Shown: piece after piece, positions 12,039-27,000 of the stretch
How positions within the stretch are numbered: the stretch's first letter is position 1
Layout: every line of letters starts with the position of its first letter
Source: Octopus sinensis
Taxonomy: Eukaryota
Length of the DNA: 64,000 bases
NCBI RefSeq assembly: GCF_006345805.1
Contig: NC_043004.1
Location: forward strand, 25,978,001 to 26,042,000
Direction: 5' to 3'
Program-made: the position numbers and the translations under genes
The notes under the pieces: generated by a model
Seen by the model: only the letters and a program-made list of their open reading frames with translations
Told to the model about the DNA's origin: nothing
The model's database searches: none

Positions 12039-15000
12039 TGTATATATTTATATATTGTTCAGTTTAGTTATATAAAAAATAAAAATTAAGGGTGCGATGA
12101 ATAGTAAAAGAAGCAAAGGGTATTCGGTGGCATAATGAGTCTCAAGAAAGTATTTTGAAATGCCGAATTTTTTTTTGTAAATTCGGAATTTCCGCAATCA
12201 AAAAGGTGGGTTTCCTACACAAGTTGGTACGCACTCGATTCTGTTTCCTTTTAACTTTAAAAAAAAATTAGTATTTTTTGGAGTTGCTGTGTGGTAAGTA
12301 GCTTCCTTACCAACCACATGGTTTCAGGTTCGTTCCCACTGCGTAGCACCTTGGGCAAGTGTATTCCACTATAGCCTCGGGCGGATCAAAGCCTTGTGAG
12401 TGGATTTCGTAGACGGAAACTGAAAGTAGCCCGTCGTATATATGTATGTGTGTCTGTGTTTGTCTCCCCAACATCGCTTGACAACCGATAGTGGTGTGCT
12501 TACGTCCATGTAACTTAGCGGTTCGGCAAAAGAGACCGATAGAATAAGTACTAGGCTTGTGTGTGTGTATGCTTGTTCCTCTGTGTGTGTGCCTGTCCTG
12601 GGGTCGATTTGCTCGACTAAAGGTGGTGTTCCTGCATGGCTGCAGTCAAATGGCTGAACAAATACAAAAAAAAAAAAAATAGGCAATCTTTCGATGGAAA
12701 GGTCTTCTAGAAACGAAAGATTGCCAAAAAATAAAGCACGCATGCACTATAGTCGAGTATATGCGGTAAATATGGTGGACTTCTTTCAGTTTGTGGCTAC
12801 CATATCCACTCATGAGACATTGGTCAGCTTGGGGACTATAGTGTCACGCAATGGGACTGAATCTAGAACCGTGTGGTTGAGAAGCCAACTTACTTCACAA
12901 CCATGTCTGAGCCTATATATAAAATATAGTCATGTATATGTATATATGTGCATGCATAATGTGTCTCTCCTTGTCTTGGTATTTGATAGCATATAAGATG
13001 CACTTTTTTCCCCAATTGTGTCTCAGAAAGTCACGCCATACCCTTATATGTGAAGTTGGTTCCCCCATAAATTTCAATGCACTAGAAACTTTATTTCTCT
13101 TAATATGTGTTGCTGAAATTGTAGTGCATCTAACATGCTGTCAAAATATACTGTTTTCCATTGATACAATAAAATATGGTTATCTCTCTCTGATTCTGTT
13201 CACTATTAATACTACATATGTTTAATATTCAATTGTTGTATGTTATGTCTATATATTTTAATTAGGTATCTGACTGGACTGGTGCCACTTATCAAGATAA
13301 AAGATATTTAGGTATGTTATTAATTATATATATATATATATATATACTCTTTTCTCTTTTACTTGTTTCAGTCATTTGACTGCGGCCATGTTGGAGCACC
13401 GTCTTTTAGTGAAGCAAATCGGCCCTGGGACTTATTCTTTGTAAGCCTAGTACTTATTCTATCGGGGTCTTTGGCCGAACTGCTAAGTTATGGGGATGTA
13501 AACACACCAGCATCAGTTGTTGCTCATTTTTGCTACAATCTTAAGCTTTAAATAAAATTATAATGATACGGTCTTAAACTAATTTTGTCAGTAAATTTGA
13601 AATGCTTATATTAATTTAGCTTTAGAATTCTTCATGTTGTATAAAAATAGTTATTGTCTGCATCATTCGAAAGAGAAATAAATTTTGCATAAGGTGTAAA
13701 AGATAAGAATAATTTGTATGGTGTTAGTAACAAAATATTTTGTAAGAAATAGAACTTTTATCATCGGTCTTAAATTTATTTTCACCAGTGTATGTGGTAT
13801 AAGTCCTTTTATTTATTTAGCTTTTTATTTTTTTGAACACCCTTTATTCTTTGGAACTAAGTTGATGTCTATGACAGTGGATAAAGACCTTTTCATATCT
13901 AAATGAAAGAGAAATTAAAAACTTAATGGACCTGGTGTAAGCAGTTGACTAACAGAAAGTAAAATGGCTATGTTCACTGCAACAAAGGAACCTGAATTCA
14001 ACATGCAATTTATTTCCAGTTGATGCCTCATATCTAAAAGTACCATTTTATATTGAAGACTATGGTCAGGTTCAATGAATTGGCTGATGACTGCATATAA
14101 TTTCTTGTGTAGGATGAATATATGTTTATATACACATGATTAGCATGGAAATTTCTAGTATTTGAAATGTTTATGGTTCCATTTGCAATTACCTAATTTT
14201 CACCAATTGTTCTCAACAGGGATCTGTAAACCATTGTAATGTTAAAAAGTTCAGGATGAACCTAGAATCAGTTTCATGTTAATATTTGCAATAGAATTAT
14301 GCTTACTTTTACTTTTTCTAATAAAATTAAAATTTTCCAACTTATGAACTATACTACCTAAGACAGAAAACACTAATTTTTCTATTTGAATTCAGTGTAA
14401 TCTATGCCAGCATGGAAAAATGGATGTTAATTTAGTTCATCTCTTTGTTTTTGTTGTTTCTAATTTCTTGAACAGGAAAGTATAATTCAGCTTTTGGAAC
14501 TGGTGGCAACCAATATTCCTACTTTCATGATGAAGATGAAAGCACATTTCAGTTGGTAGATGCTTCTAAAGGACAGAAACCAAACTACCAGAGAGGTCGG
14601 CGTGCATTCCAACAGGTTCGGTGGTACTTTGATATTTGTCAAATATTAGTGTAGAGTATTGGCTTTAATTCCCCTCTTCATAAATTTAAAACCTGGGATC
14701 AGTGAAGTTAATTAGAGGAGATATGTCCGTGGAACACATGAAAATTTTCCTTCTTACTATCTTCATTGATGAGGGTTGATGTATACTTTGCAGGTCAGTG
14801 TTTGTAGATAGGGTGTCTAGATGTGGAGAGGAACACCAGAAGTGTTTAGTGACATAGTGAAGCTGATAGAAGAGGCCATTTTAGTAGTAGTAATAGAAGA
14901 AACAGTTCTCTTTTCATATATTCTGTTATTCTTTTACTTGTTTCAGTCATTTGACTGTGGTCATGCTGGAGCACTGCCTTTAGTTGAACAAATTGACCCC

Positions 15001-18000
15001 AGGACTTAATCTTTGTAAGCCTAGTACTTAAAATTCTATCAGACTCTTTTGCCAAACCGCTAAGTTAAAGGGACATAAACACACCAACATGACTGTCAAG
15101 TGATGGTTGGGGGACAAACACATGCATATATATCTATATAAGGGCGTGGGTATTCTTCTTTCAGAGAAATGGATTGATAAGGTAATCAAGGAAGTCAGTC
15201 TGCAATAGAATATTTAAGATTAGATTAGTGCTACATCATGGGTTAGCAACCATTATATCGGCCTATGCCCCTCAGCCGGGGCTACCTGATGGACAGAAAG
15301 ATCGATTTTATGACACCCTCTTGCTGACTACCTTGTTGACAAATGACAGGGACCTTCTCTTTGTGGCTGGTGACTTCAATGGACATGTTGGGCAACATGC
15401 AGGGGGCTTCTGTGGTGTACATGGAGGCCATGGTTTTGATTCCCACAACGAGGAAGGAACCAGGTTGCTGGAGTTCTGTGATGCAAATGATCTTATGGTT
15501 TGCAATACTAACTTCAGAAAACCTGCCAGTCATCTAGTCACCTACCGATTTGGCCAACATACTAGCCAAATTGACCACATCTTCACCAGAAAAAGGAAAT
15601 AATGATGGCTGCTTTAAATGCCAAAACCTTCCCAGGCGAAGAATGTACCCCACAACATAGACTAATAGTTAGCGACTTCAGTTTCGGGGCTGAATGGACG
15701 CCCAGAAGATGACCAGCATGGAGGAGAAAGGTCTGGAAGCTTAAAGATCCAGCAAATGGACAGAGATTTAGAGACCTATTACTCAAAGCTTTTGACAAAA
15801 TATAGGAGGATATAGCATCACATGATGCGGAAGACAACTGGAGGTTCCTACGGGACAACCTGTTGAGGGCCACTGACCAGATCTGTGGATGGTGCAAATG
15901 CCCCTCTCCACCCAAGGTAATGTGGTGGTGGAACAATGTTGTTGACAGGGCCATTAACGAAAAGAAACAGGCTTGGAAGGACTGGAAGAATGGTGGTAGC
16001 AGGGAATTGTGTCAGACTATCAGAAGGGAAGCTAGGAGACAGGTTTATTTAGCCAGAGGGGAAGCAGATAAGATGTTCTGCACCATGAGGACCAAAGGCT
16101 TGAGGTATTTCGTGTTGCAAGACAGTGTGTGAGAGAGAAATGTGTCCGCATGGATGATGGTTCACTTGCATTAAACGAAGCTGCAAAGAGACAGGTTTGG
16201 AGACACCACTATGAAAGGTTGCTAAATAAAGAGAATGAATGGGAAAAAGAGAGTCTGCTGAATGTTGATCCAACAGAGGGACCAGCTATCTGAATTGACA
16301 GTACCTTGGTAGATGAACAATTAAGGGTATGAAGACAGGGAAAGCCCCTGGCCCATTGGGAATAACTGCAGAGATGATCAAAATAATCTGGTGGTGTTGG
16401 CTATAGCCTAGACACTCGTATAGTCAACCAGGTGATACATGAAGGAGTCATACCCAATGACTGGTGTAGCAGCATAATAGTCAACTGCTACAAAGGTAAA
16501 GGTGACACCCTAGATACAAATAATTACAGAGGTATCAAGCTGTTGGATCAGGTAATGAAGGTTACAGAGAGGGTCATAGCCCAACTAATTAGAGAGAGAG
16601 TTAGTTTAGATGAGATGCAGTTTGGGTTCGTGCCAGGGAAAAGCACCACTGATGCTATGATCCTGGTAAGGTAGCTGCAGGAGAAATACCTAGCCAAAGA
16701 TAAGCCCCTGTACCTGGCTTTTGTTGACATGGAGAAAGCCTTCGACAGGGTCCCCCGATCCCTTATCTGGTGGTCAATGAGGAAACTAGGGATAGATGAA
16801 TGGTTAGTGAGAGCTGCGTGAGCCATGTACAGGGACGCTGTAAGTAAGGTGAGGGTTGGCAATGAGTACAGTGAAGAATTCTGGGTAGGGGTCCACCAGC
16901 GATCAGTCCTCAGCCCCCCTCTTACTCATCATAGTCCTCTAAGCAATAACAAAGAAATTCAAGACAGGACGCCCCTGGGACCTCCTTTATGCTGATGACC
17001 TTGCTCTAATTGCTAAGTCACTATCGGAACTAGAGGAAAAGTTTCAGGTGTGGAAACAAGGATTAGAATCGAAGGGTGTTAGTCAACCTAGCTAAAACCA
17101 AAGTCATGATAAGTAGGAAGGCAGACAAATCACAAATCCCTTCGGGTAGATGGCCCTGCTCTACCTGTAGAAAAAGTGTAGGTAGAAACTCCATAAGATG
17201 TACCCAGTGTAAGCTATGAACACATAAGAGGTGCAGCAATATCAAAGGAAGGCTAACTGGGAAGATAGTTTTTGTATGTGGTAAATGCTCAGGGGCAATA
17301 GATGTGCAGAGAACAGCTTCTGTCACATTCCAAGGAGAAAAACTAGTAGTAGTTGATAGCTTCTGTTACCTGGGTGACCAAGTCAGTAGCAGAGGTGGAT
17401 GCTCTGAAATTGTAGCTGCTTTAATAATAACCTGGGCAAAGTTCAGAGAGTTCCTACCTCTGCTGGTGACAAAGGGCCTCTCGCTCAGAGTAAAAGAATG
17501 TATGACACATGTACGAACAGCCATGCTACATGGCTGTGACTGCTGAGGACATGCATAAGCTTGCAAGGAATGAAGCCAGTATGCTTTGGTGGATGTGTAA
17601 TGTCAGTGTGCATACACAATAGAGTGTAAGTGCCCTGAGAGAAAAGTTGGACTTAAGCATCAGATATGGTGTGCAAGAGAGAAGACTGCACTGGTATGGT
17701 CATGTGTGGCGAATGGATGAGAACAGCTGGGTGAAAAAGTGTCACACCTTAGCAGTTGAAGGAACCTGGAATGAGGTGGTGAAGCACGACCTTTGAACAT
17801 TGGGTCTCACTGAGGCAATAACTAGTGACTGAGACCTTTGGAGATACACTGCGCTTGAGAAGACCCCACAAGCCAAGTGAGACCATAACCCGTGGCCTAT
17901 GCCAGTGGTGTATAACCAGCCCACTTATAAGTACCCTTCATTCATTGGACAAGAAAATTTGCTTGCAAAGACCTGTTGAGGCAAGCGAAATCTAAATCGT

Positions 18001-21000
18001 TGATGTGGCCGATGTCAGTACCGCCTGATTGGCACTTATGCCAGTGGAACATTAAAATCACCATCCAAGTGTGATCGTTGCCAGGGCTGCTGACTGGCTC
18101 CTTTGCTGGTGGCACGTAAAAAAACACCATTTGAGTGTGGTTGTTGCCAGTACTGCCTGATTTGCCCTCGTGCCAGTGACATGTATAATCACCCAGAACC
18201 ATGTGGTTGGGAAGCAAGCTTCTTACCACACAGCCATGCTATGTCTATATAGTCAATATTTTTATTATAGGTATCTTATTGAAATTAAGTGAAAATTTTC
18301 AAACTTGCTTTATTGATGTAATTTTTCATGCTGAATCTGATGTTCACTTGTTCCAGAAGAATTTTAAAAAAATGTTACAGAAGTTTAAATTTGGATTATT
18401 TTTACCTAATTAGAAAACAGGATTTGGAAGCAATATATTATGATGACAAAAGTTGTAAAAAGTTTTGAAGTTGTAATAAGTTTAAATGAATTAAGTCGTG
18501 TGAAATGTTGGAACAGGCAATATAAAAAGAAAATATCCTCAATGAAATTTGTTTCTTTTTTTGCCAAAAATACAAAGAAACTATATGTTAGATTAAAAAA
18601 AAAAACTGTAAGATACTTTTAGTGAACATTTTTCTAAAATTTTTCTGGAACAAGTGAATAACAAAATCAAATTCAGTATACCAAATTTGAAAAAAAAAAC
18701 ATGTTTTTGTAGCAGAAATTCAAGAATGAAAGTTCACAATGCTGGTATGTAGTTGTAGTTTTAAGCAGACAATAGCTTGGTTTGTTACTATGGGAACAGG
18801 CATCACTGTGATTGTGGTTTACCATTGACTAAAATTACCCAAAATTTGCAAATTTTGAAAGCTATTAACTTTTTATTTATCAGTTTACATCAAAAATGAA
18901 TTTCATTTCCATAATTAGTATACAAAACTACATCAATGCACCAAATTTGAAATCAACTGGAACAAAATTAAAGGAATGGAAAATGAAAGCCATACAGAAA
19001 AAGACTCCAAAATATCTTATGTTCTGAGTTCAAATTCTACCAGAGTTAACTATTAGGATCAATTGAATGTGTAGCCATGTAAAATTGTAGTAATTTTTAA
19101 CATGCTACTACTACTTTTGCCTCTGCATTTAGCTATAGGTGCAGTATTAATTCTAACAGATTGCTACTACTACTATTATCAAGCTTTTTATTACTGATAA
19201 TGTAGTAGCTTCCGGACTGTTAGCTTGAGTGTTGGGAATGGAAATCTCAAATACCCAAATTTGAGAATTTCTTCTTAACATTGCATTGTAGAATGTGAAA
19301 ACTACCCCTTCTCAATACTGTACCCCCATTCATTTGAGGGTTCTTATCTTGTGAGTTATTTGACAACATCACTAATGCAAGTGTCATGAAAAAGCATCCA
19401 GTACACTCTGTAAAGTAGTTGGTGTTTGGAAGGATATGAGGCTGCAGAAATCATGCCAGAGCATTGGGTTTGGTCAATACGGTCGACTAGTCCCCTCCCC
19501 ACAAATTTCAAGCCTTGTGTCTTTAGTAGAAAGAATTATTATTATTACTTGTAGTGATTGTGGATTGACAGAATTAGAGCATAGGACAAAATGTCCTGCA
19601 GTATTTGTTCATGTTCCTTACATTCTGAATTCAAATCCTACTGAGGTCAACTTTGCCTTTCATCCTTTTGAGGTCAATAAAATAAAGTACCAGTCAAGTA
19701 TTCGACTAATCCCCTCAAAATTGCTAGCTTTGTGCCTAAATCAGAAACAATTATTATTACTTGCAGCATAAACAGCGAAGAGAGAGAGAGAGGCGCCAAC
19801 AACAGGCTTCTCTTAATATGCAAACTCTGTCGAAAACCCAAAAAAGTCGTGAAAGGTAAGAAGTTATTTTAACATACTGTCTGTTTTGATTTCTAAAATG
19901 ATTATATTGTCTATAATTATCAATACATGTTTCAGTACTTTTTTTGTAGTCAACTCTGATTAGTTTCATTTGTATTCAACTACTTTTCCCTTCTTTTACT
20001 TCTACTAATTAAAAGCTTACAAGCTTTTACCACCCAGATCTCATCTCCAATCTTGATGATATGTCCTACTTAGACTAGTTCTCATACAGCTATACGTTGA
20101 AGAAAAATCTTCCTCATGAGTGGTCAGTGTATTGTAATGAGACTTACATATGAATTGGGGTACATGGGGTAAAGTGTTGTGCTCAGACATTCACCTACTT
20201 GACAGGAGACTTGGCTCCCTATTTTATAAATGAGTAGTGATGTTGACATATATTCCTTGATTTATTAACAAATATAGACATTAGTTTATTCAAAAATGTA
20301 ACTAAAGATTGTTTGGATTATTAAGGAATATAACAATATATACGGTACTGGAAGTTCTTTCCCAAATAATGATTTTGACTTTATTCTTCTAGGGATCGTC
20401 AGAGACAGCTGCGGAAATGGCAGAAGCAGTTTGGAAAAAGGTTGCAGGAAAATAAGCAGAAGGTAAGCTTTAGCATTTGTATATAAATCTTGAATTGTTA
20501 ATGTCTCTGATGTTTGAGAATATATTTAGCTTTGAACATCCTGTTGGAAAGTTTCTTAGCCAAAACTCAGTCTTGTAATCATTGAGCAGAGAATAACTAA
20601 AAATGGGTTTGTCTATTCAAATGTTTATAGTGTTTTTACTTGTGGTCAGAGTACTATGAAAATTTCTAGTATTACAGAAAAGATGTAGTTTATTTTAATA
20701 TAAATAATAATTTGTGCCAAAAATAATCTTATGTATGTGTGGTTGTTAATGACATAACTAAAAAGCAGATACACTCATAAAGACAGTGTAAAGGAAGATG
20801 TTTGTAATAAATGCAAACATCATACAAAAAAATGTTTTCTCTGACCCTTTTGCAGCTTATGAAATTTACAGGTAATCTGAGTTACACCCTCAGAAATAAC
20901 AGATCCAGGTATGCTTGAATTTGATCAACATATCTGATCCTTTTTTTTTTCACATACAAGTTAGTTTGTTATGCAATAATACCAATCGAAACTCCTTGAA

Positions 21001-24000
21001 AAATATTCAACAGATTTCACATCAAGTCCTTAAGGTATTTTTGGACCAATGATACTTGCAAAAGGTTCAGTATCCAATCATTCTTCAAGTAATCTTTTGT
21101 TCAAGTCAATTTGAGGGAAAATCCGATCACAACGTTCTATTTGCATGAAATAAATAAATAAATATATCACTGGTTATCATCTCAAAATCCTTGTCTACCA
21201 TAAATTCATCAATTAATCAAAGTGGTCCCTCAAAGAATGATTAGTGAACATTTTAACTCAAACTTTCATCATCACCGTTTAATGTCTGCTTTCCATGCTA
21301 GCATGGGTTGGACGATTTTGACTGAGGGCTGGCGAACCAGATGGCTGCACCAGGTTCCAATCTTGATTTATTTCTGAATTTCCACTATTGTTTACATGAA
21401 GTGAACTATAATAGTATAACATACATGGTGATGTGTAGACATGTACAAGATGTTAAGAGTTAATAGAATGTTCTGGTTTGTTTTTCATGTTTAACGCTTT
21501 TGTTACCGTATTTGTTTTGAGATGCTCTGAGTTTGTTTCAATTATTTTAAATATAACAAAGAATTTAGTAAAATAACTTAGTTATCATTCAGCTAGTGTT
21601 AGGAACATAAATTGTGACTCAGGTTTGGTGGAAGATTTTAATTCAAGACTTATGAAAACAAGACATTTGTACTCAGAGCCAGAGTTGGTTTCAGGGATGG
21701 TAACGAAAGGGTTAAGCAGCTTTCCACAGTCGATTTACATTTTGGCTTTGCTCTTTCTGTTACGTAGTTTTACTATTGTGATTTAATGGTGATCTTATTT
21801 AAGGTTTTAGAAGTGGAGCATCTTTTGTTACATCCCTTTACATTTTCTATTCAACTCTTGACAGTGTTGACTATTATTACATCCATACTGTGTAACCGTA
21901 AACCTACTTAATTAAGTTAGTTATCATTTCTCAATTTGAATGTGTAAGCCAAATTGAATCTAACTAGGAAGTTTTATGATGCACATCTTGTGTTATGTCA
22001 TAGACCTCAATACTGCAAACCGTCCAACCCATACCTGTATGGAAGGCAGACGTTAAACAATGATAATGATGATACACACACGATATTTGGGATAACTTTG
22101 ACTTTGCATAAAAGAAAAGAAAATCTCAATATCCCATCCAAAAATAAAGCATTTTAAAAGTCAGAAAACATCAACTAGATTGTGGCTATTCAAAGGAACC
22201 ACCCTCAGCTTTCACTAAGGCCTTAAGAGAGCTTCAGAACCTAGTGCGTGTGTTCCTCACTGTTCCTGGGAAAGCTTTTGAGCACCTCCCTCATCTTGGA
22301 CAGATCTTGTAGGCAGAGCGATTTGTGTCTTTCAGTTGCCATGGGGATTAGAATCAGGATTTAGGAAGCCGAAAATTGGGGCTGGTGAAGTCATAGAAAT
22401 TCTCCAACAACCACTTCTGACTCTTTCTGGAGGTATGCCAAGAAGCTGAATCCGGCTGCCATACATATGCCCTTCCAGCAGTAACCTTCTCCAGCCAGGG
22501 TTTGACCACAGTCTCCAGCAGCTTCACATGGCTGTCTGAATTGAGCCTAAGTTTCTGTTCAAACAAGTGGGGTGGCATGACATTCACTCTCTTAGGAGAC
22601 ACATTCAATGACCATCAAAGTTTGGGGGAAACTTGGTTTTCATGATATGTGGGACATCACATGGATTGTCGGTATGCCACCTATTGTGGGTGTTGAGCAA
22701 CTGGTCCTGGCGTAAGTTCTCATCTGAGAAGAACCAGATAATCCTTGGCTCGAAAGGATTCCTCAGCTTGTTCAGAAGCTTCTTTTCCTTTATCGAGCAC
22801 TTCTCCTTGGCTGTCAGAATTTGTCCCTTGTGCTTCTTGTACAAGTTGTTGTGAATGTCCTCATTCATAACCAGCTTCATAGTGGCAACTCCAATACCCA
22901 TCTCTCTCACCAAAGCCCAGATTGCTTGGATCTTCCATCAGCTTGTCCTGCAGTAGTTGTTGGATGAATTTTGATGTCAGAATGCCTGCTTTGTCCCTTC
23001 CTGTTACAGCTGTCCATTTGCATCTTTAACCTTTACAGTGTTCTCAAAACATTGAGCAACAATCATGATGTTGGCATTTTGATACCCAGTAGGAATCATG
23101 ATACAAGGAACTCTTTTCCAATACTTAGATAGCTTTCTAGTCCTTTTTATGTCAATTAACTTTTACTGAACTGTGAATTTAATCTGTGCTCGCCAATGCC
23201 ATTGACTGTTTACCAATACATTGAGCTGTTTCTGAAAGAAAGACATAAAATATCAAACTTAGCTGGACACCTTTTGTGTGTGTGTGTGTGTGTGTATAAA
23301 TATATATATATATATACATATACACACATATACACACACATACTTATACACTCACACACGAGTGAGTGGACAAATGAAAGAAAGGGCACTCAATGTATTT
23401 ATTTGGAGTTACATGTATGGATCAAAACAGTTTGATTTGGATTTCATGCTACTTAAATTTCCAAGCTTGTGGAGATGTGTATGCCAGCCTTGCCTGGCAT
23501 GTAGAAAGCACATACTACGCTCACGGAGTGGTTGACGTTAGGAAGGGCATCAAGCTGTAGAAATACTGCCAGATCAGACTGGGCCTGGTGCAGCCTCCTG
23601 GCTTCCCAGACCTCAGTCGAACCATCCAACCCATGCTAGCATGGTAAGCGGACATTAAACGATGATGATGATACATACATACATACATACATAAACACAC
23701 ACGCAGTAATGCCTCGATATACAAGTTAGTTTGTTCCCGGAGACCACTCGTAAAACGAAAACTTGTAAAGCAGAGCAATAATTTCCCATAGTAGCAATGT
23801 TATAACTCGTAATTCATCCCCAGAAAAGTGTTGTACCTATAAAATTTATAATATTCATAGATAAATGGCAATAAAACAACAGTAGAATGTGAAGAATATT
23901 TTATGTAAAGTTAAGAATGTCAAGATCATTTATAATAAAAAATATAATAATTGTTTTCTGAATCACTTTCACTTGCGCTAGACTCGCACACACCATCATT

Positions 24001-27000
24001 TGTAGATGCAATCGCCAATTCACAAGCACTCATAGACGGATTTGTAGATTTCTTTTTAAAAAACAAATCTAGAAATATTTGCTTAGAAGCATTTCTTCGC
24101 TCTCTATAAATTTCTCAGTAACACTCAGAAGCATTTGTTATGGTCATAGAAACTTTTGCACTTCATTCAAAATTTAGATCTTGTGCTCGAAAAGTTTCCA
24201 AGCCTTTATCTAAATGTTGAAATGTTTCTGCAAGTTCTTTCAACATGAAAACATTAACTGACGTTTCATCAACTGTGACCTTTTCCTCTTCTATTGTTGC
24301 CTGCTCTTGCCATTACAATGTATTCATTGGTGAGTTTGTCACTATGTGATTGAAGCAACTTGTCTACATCATTTGCCGGCATGTTCAGATTCAATTCATT
24401 TGCCAGGCTTACAGTTTCTTTTGTTTCTTTTTGTGCATTTTCTTTTAGTGATTCAAGATCCTCAAAATTATTAAGAAACTGAGGGTAAAGTTATTTCCAA
24501 ATGATGTTGCCACATACACAAAATGGCTTTCTTATATTTATTATAAAATAAAACTAAAAAACTCTGAGTCTTGTAAAGCGGGTCCTTGTGAAATGGCTTT
24601 ACTGAGTGTAAATAGGAGCTAAAGTTGGTAGACAACTGAATTAGAATTAGTTATAAATCTTCATGTTCTGTGTTCAAATCTCACAGAGGTCAACTTCGCT
24701 TTTCATTCTTCCAGAGTTGTTATAAGAACTTTACTGTTTCCTCCTATCAAATTGTGACATTCTCACTGTTCCCTCTTACCAAAGTGTGGCTGTTCTCTTC
24801 TACCTGCTTGTGACGTAGGCAATGTTAAGTGACAATAAATTACAGTAACTGCTGGGTTTCTGCATTATTCCTCCACACCACTAAAATTTATCATTTTGTA
24901 CTCCTTTCTCCAACTTCACATCCATTGACGGACCTCTTCATTCTCACATCTTGGACTCCCCTCTATCTCTGAGTTTATTTTTCAACTTAATAAAACTTAT
25001 TACTTTCAGGCACCTGTTAAAAACCGAGATGCTTCAGTGCAGGTGCGTGAAACCTGGCAAGTAGTTGAAGACATGGACTTCCCTAGACTTAGCAAACTCA
25101 GTTTACCTGGAATTGAACCACCTGAAGACTTGTGAGTAATAAAATAGATTTCTTTCAAATAGTTTTGATATTGGCTTTATTAGCCAGCACTAATTCTATT
25201 TCTTTCTTGCAGGTATTGATAGTTGATTTCTCATAATTTGAGAACATTTCATTACAATTTCTTGTATCACAACTTTTATGGTTTTATTTAGTTGCTTATG
25301 GAAAGATTTTAATTTAGTATTGAATTACTTCAAGTAGTAGTGCTCTACATTGATGTGAAAGATATATGGCTGCTTTGATATTGCAAATAATCTGGCATGG
25401 ATGATATAGCTGCCGAGCTGTTGAAGTATGGTAGGGAAGAGGTTGTACAGTATCTGACACATTTTGTTTGGCAGCAGGGAGATCTACCAGATGATATGGG
25501 TGGCATGGAATGATGATAACTCTACCCCACCAAAAAGGTAATCTGACAGGCAACTGACATGGTATTCTACTGTTATCTGTTCTTTGCAACATTCTGCTGA
25601 ATAGATTGAAGGAGAAGATCATTGATGTATTGAGAGAGGAGCAGGCAAGTTTTCAGAGTGGCAGGTTCTGTATGGAACAGATCTTGTATGAAGGAATATA
25701 ATTGAGCAAAGCAGAGCACATAGAGTACAGCTGCTTATTAATTTCATTGACTTAAAGAAAGCATTTGACAGTGTTGACCAAGATATATTCCAGAATAGCT
25801 TGGGAGTCTACGGGGTCCCTAGCAGATGTTTCAACATCTTTAAGTCTCTGTATACTAACTCGCAGTGTTCTGTGGAGATGAGCAGCAGAACCACTAACAT
25901 GTTTGAAATTGCTACTAGAGTGAGACAAGATTGCATTTTGTTGCCATTTCTGTTCCTGATAGTGCTAGAGTTCATCATGTGGAAAGCAGTGGATAGCACC
26001 AGTTTTGGAATAACATGGGGATTAGGCAAAATAACAGATTTGGATTCACAGATGACTTGACATTACTAAGCTTCAACAGAGATATGCTGCAGTCCATGAC
26101 AGATAGACCATACTGAGGGCAAAAGATCTGTGGATTAGTACTGAAAAGACCAAAGCCATATGAATTGGTGGAACCCAAGCACAACTTGTCCGTCTCAGGC
26201 TATATGAAATTGAGTACGTCAATAAGTTTACATATCTCAGTGGCTGTATTTCAAATGAGTGTGATGTAGAAGTTGAAGTCAAGACCAGGCTAGGTAAAGC
26301 AATGTTAGTATTCCAATGCCTTTGTCCAGTATGGAGATCAAAGACTATCAGTAAGAAGATAACGCTGCAGCTATACTCATCTATCATACCAACGGCCATT
26401 TACGCCCATGAAACCTGGAAGAAGACAGCAAGGATCTTCCAATTGCTAAACATCAATGCTGCCTACATTCAATCCTGGGCATGTCTTTGCAGGACAGAGT
26501 GCTAAATGAAAAGTTGATAAGAGATAGCATGGGAAGTTTACAGGATATAGTGACTAAGCAGTGGATATAATTTACTGGCCATGTGCTTTGATTACTGCAG
26601 GAGAAACATACTACCATCATGATGAAGTGGATGCCAGAATGAGGGGAAAGACCATGTAGAAGAACAAAAGAGATGTGGTGCTGCATATTCTGGGACAACA
26701 TGATAGCAATGGAAGTCGGCTCTAATGGAGCTAAGAGAAAAGCAAGCAGATTTTGCCCATTGTGCTGATGGCACTGGAGGATCTAAGAGAGAATCTTGCT
26801 GTCTACATTGATATTATATATCAATCATCATCATTTAGTGTCTGCTTTCCATGCAGTCATGGGTTAGATAATTTGACTGAGACTGGTAAGTTGTAGGGTT
26901 ACACCAGGTTCCAGTCTGATTTGGCATGGTTTCTATGGCTGGCTGCCTACTCCAAGAGTGTAATGGGTGCTTTTTACTTTCCTTATTTATGGAAATTTGC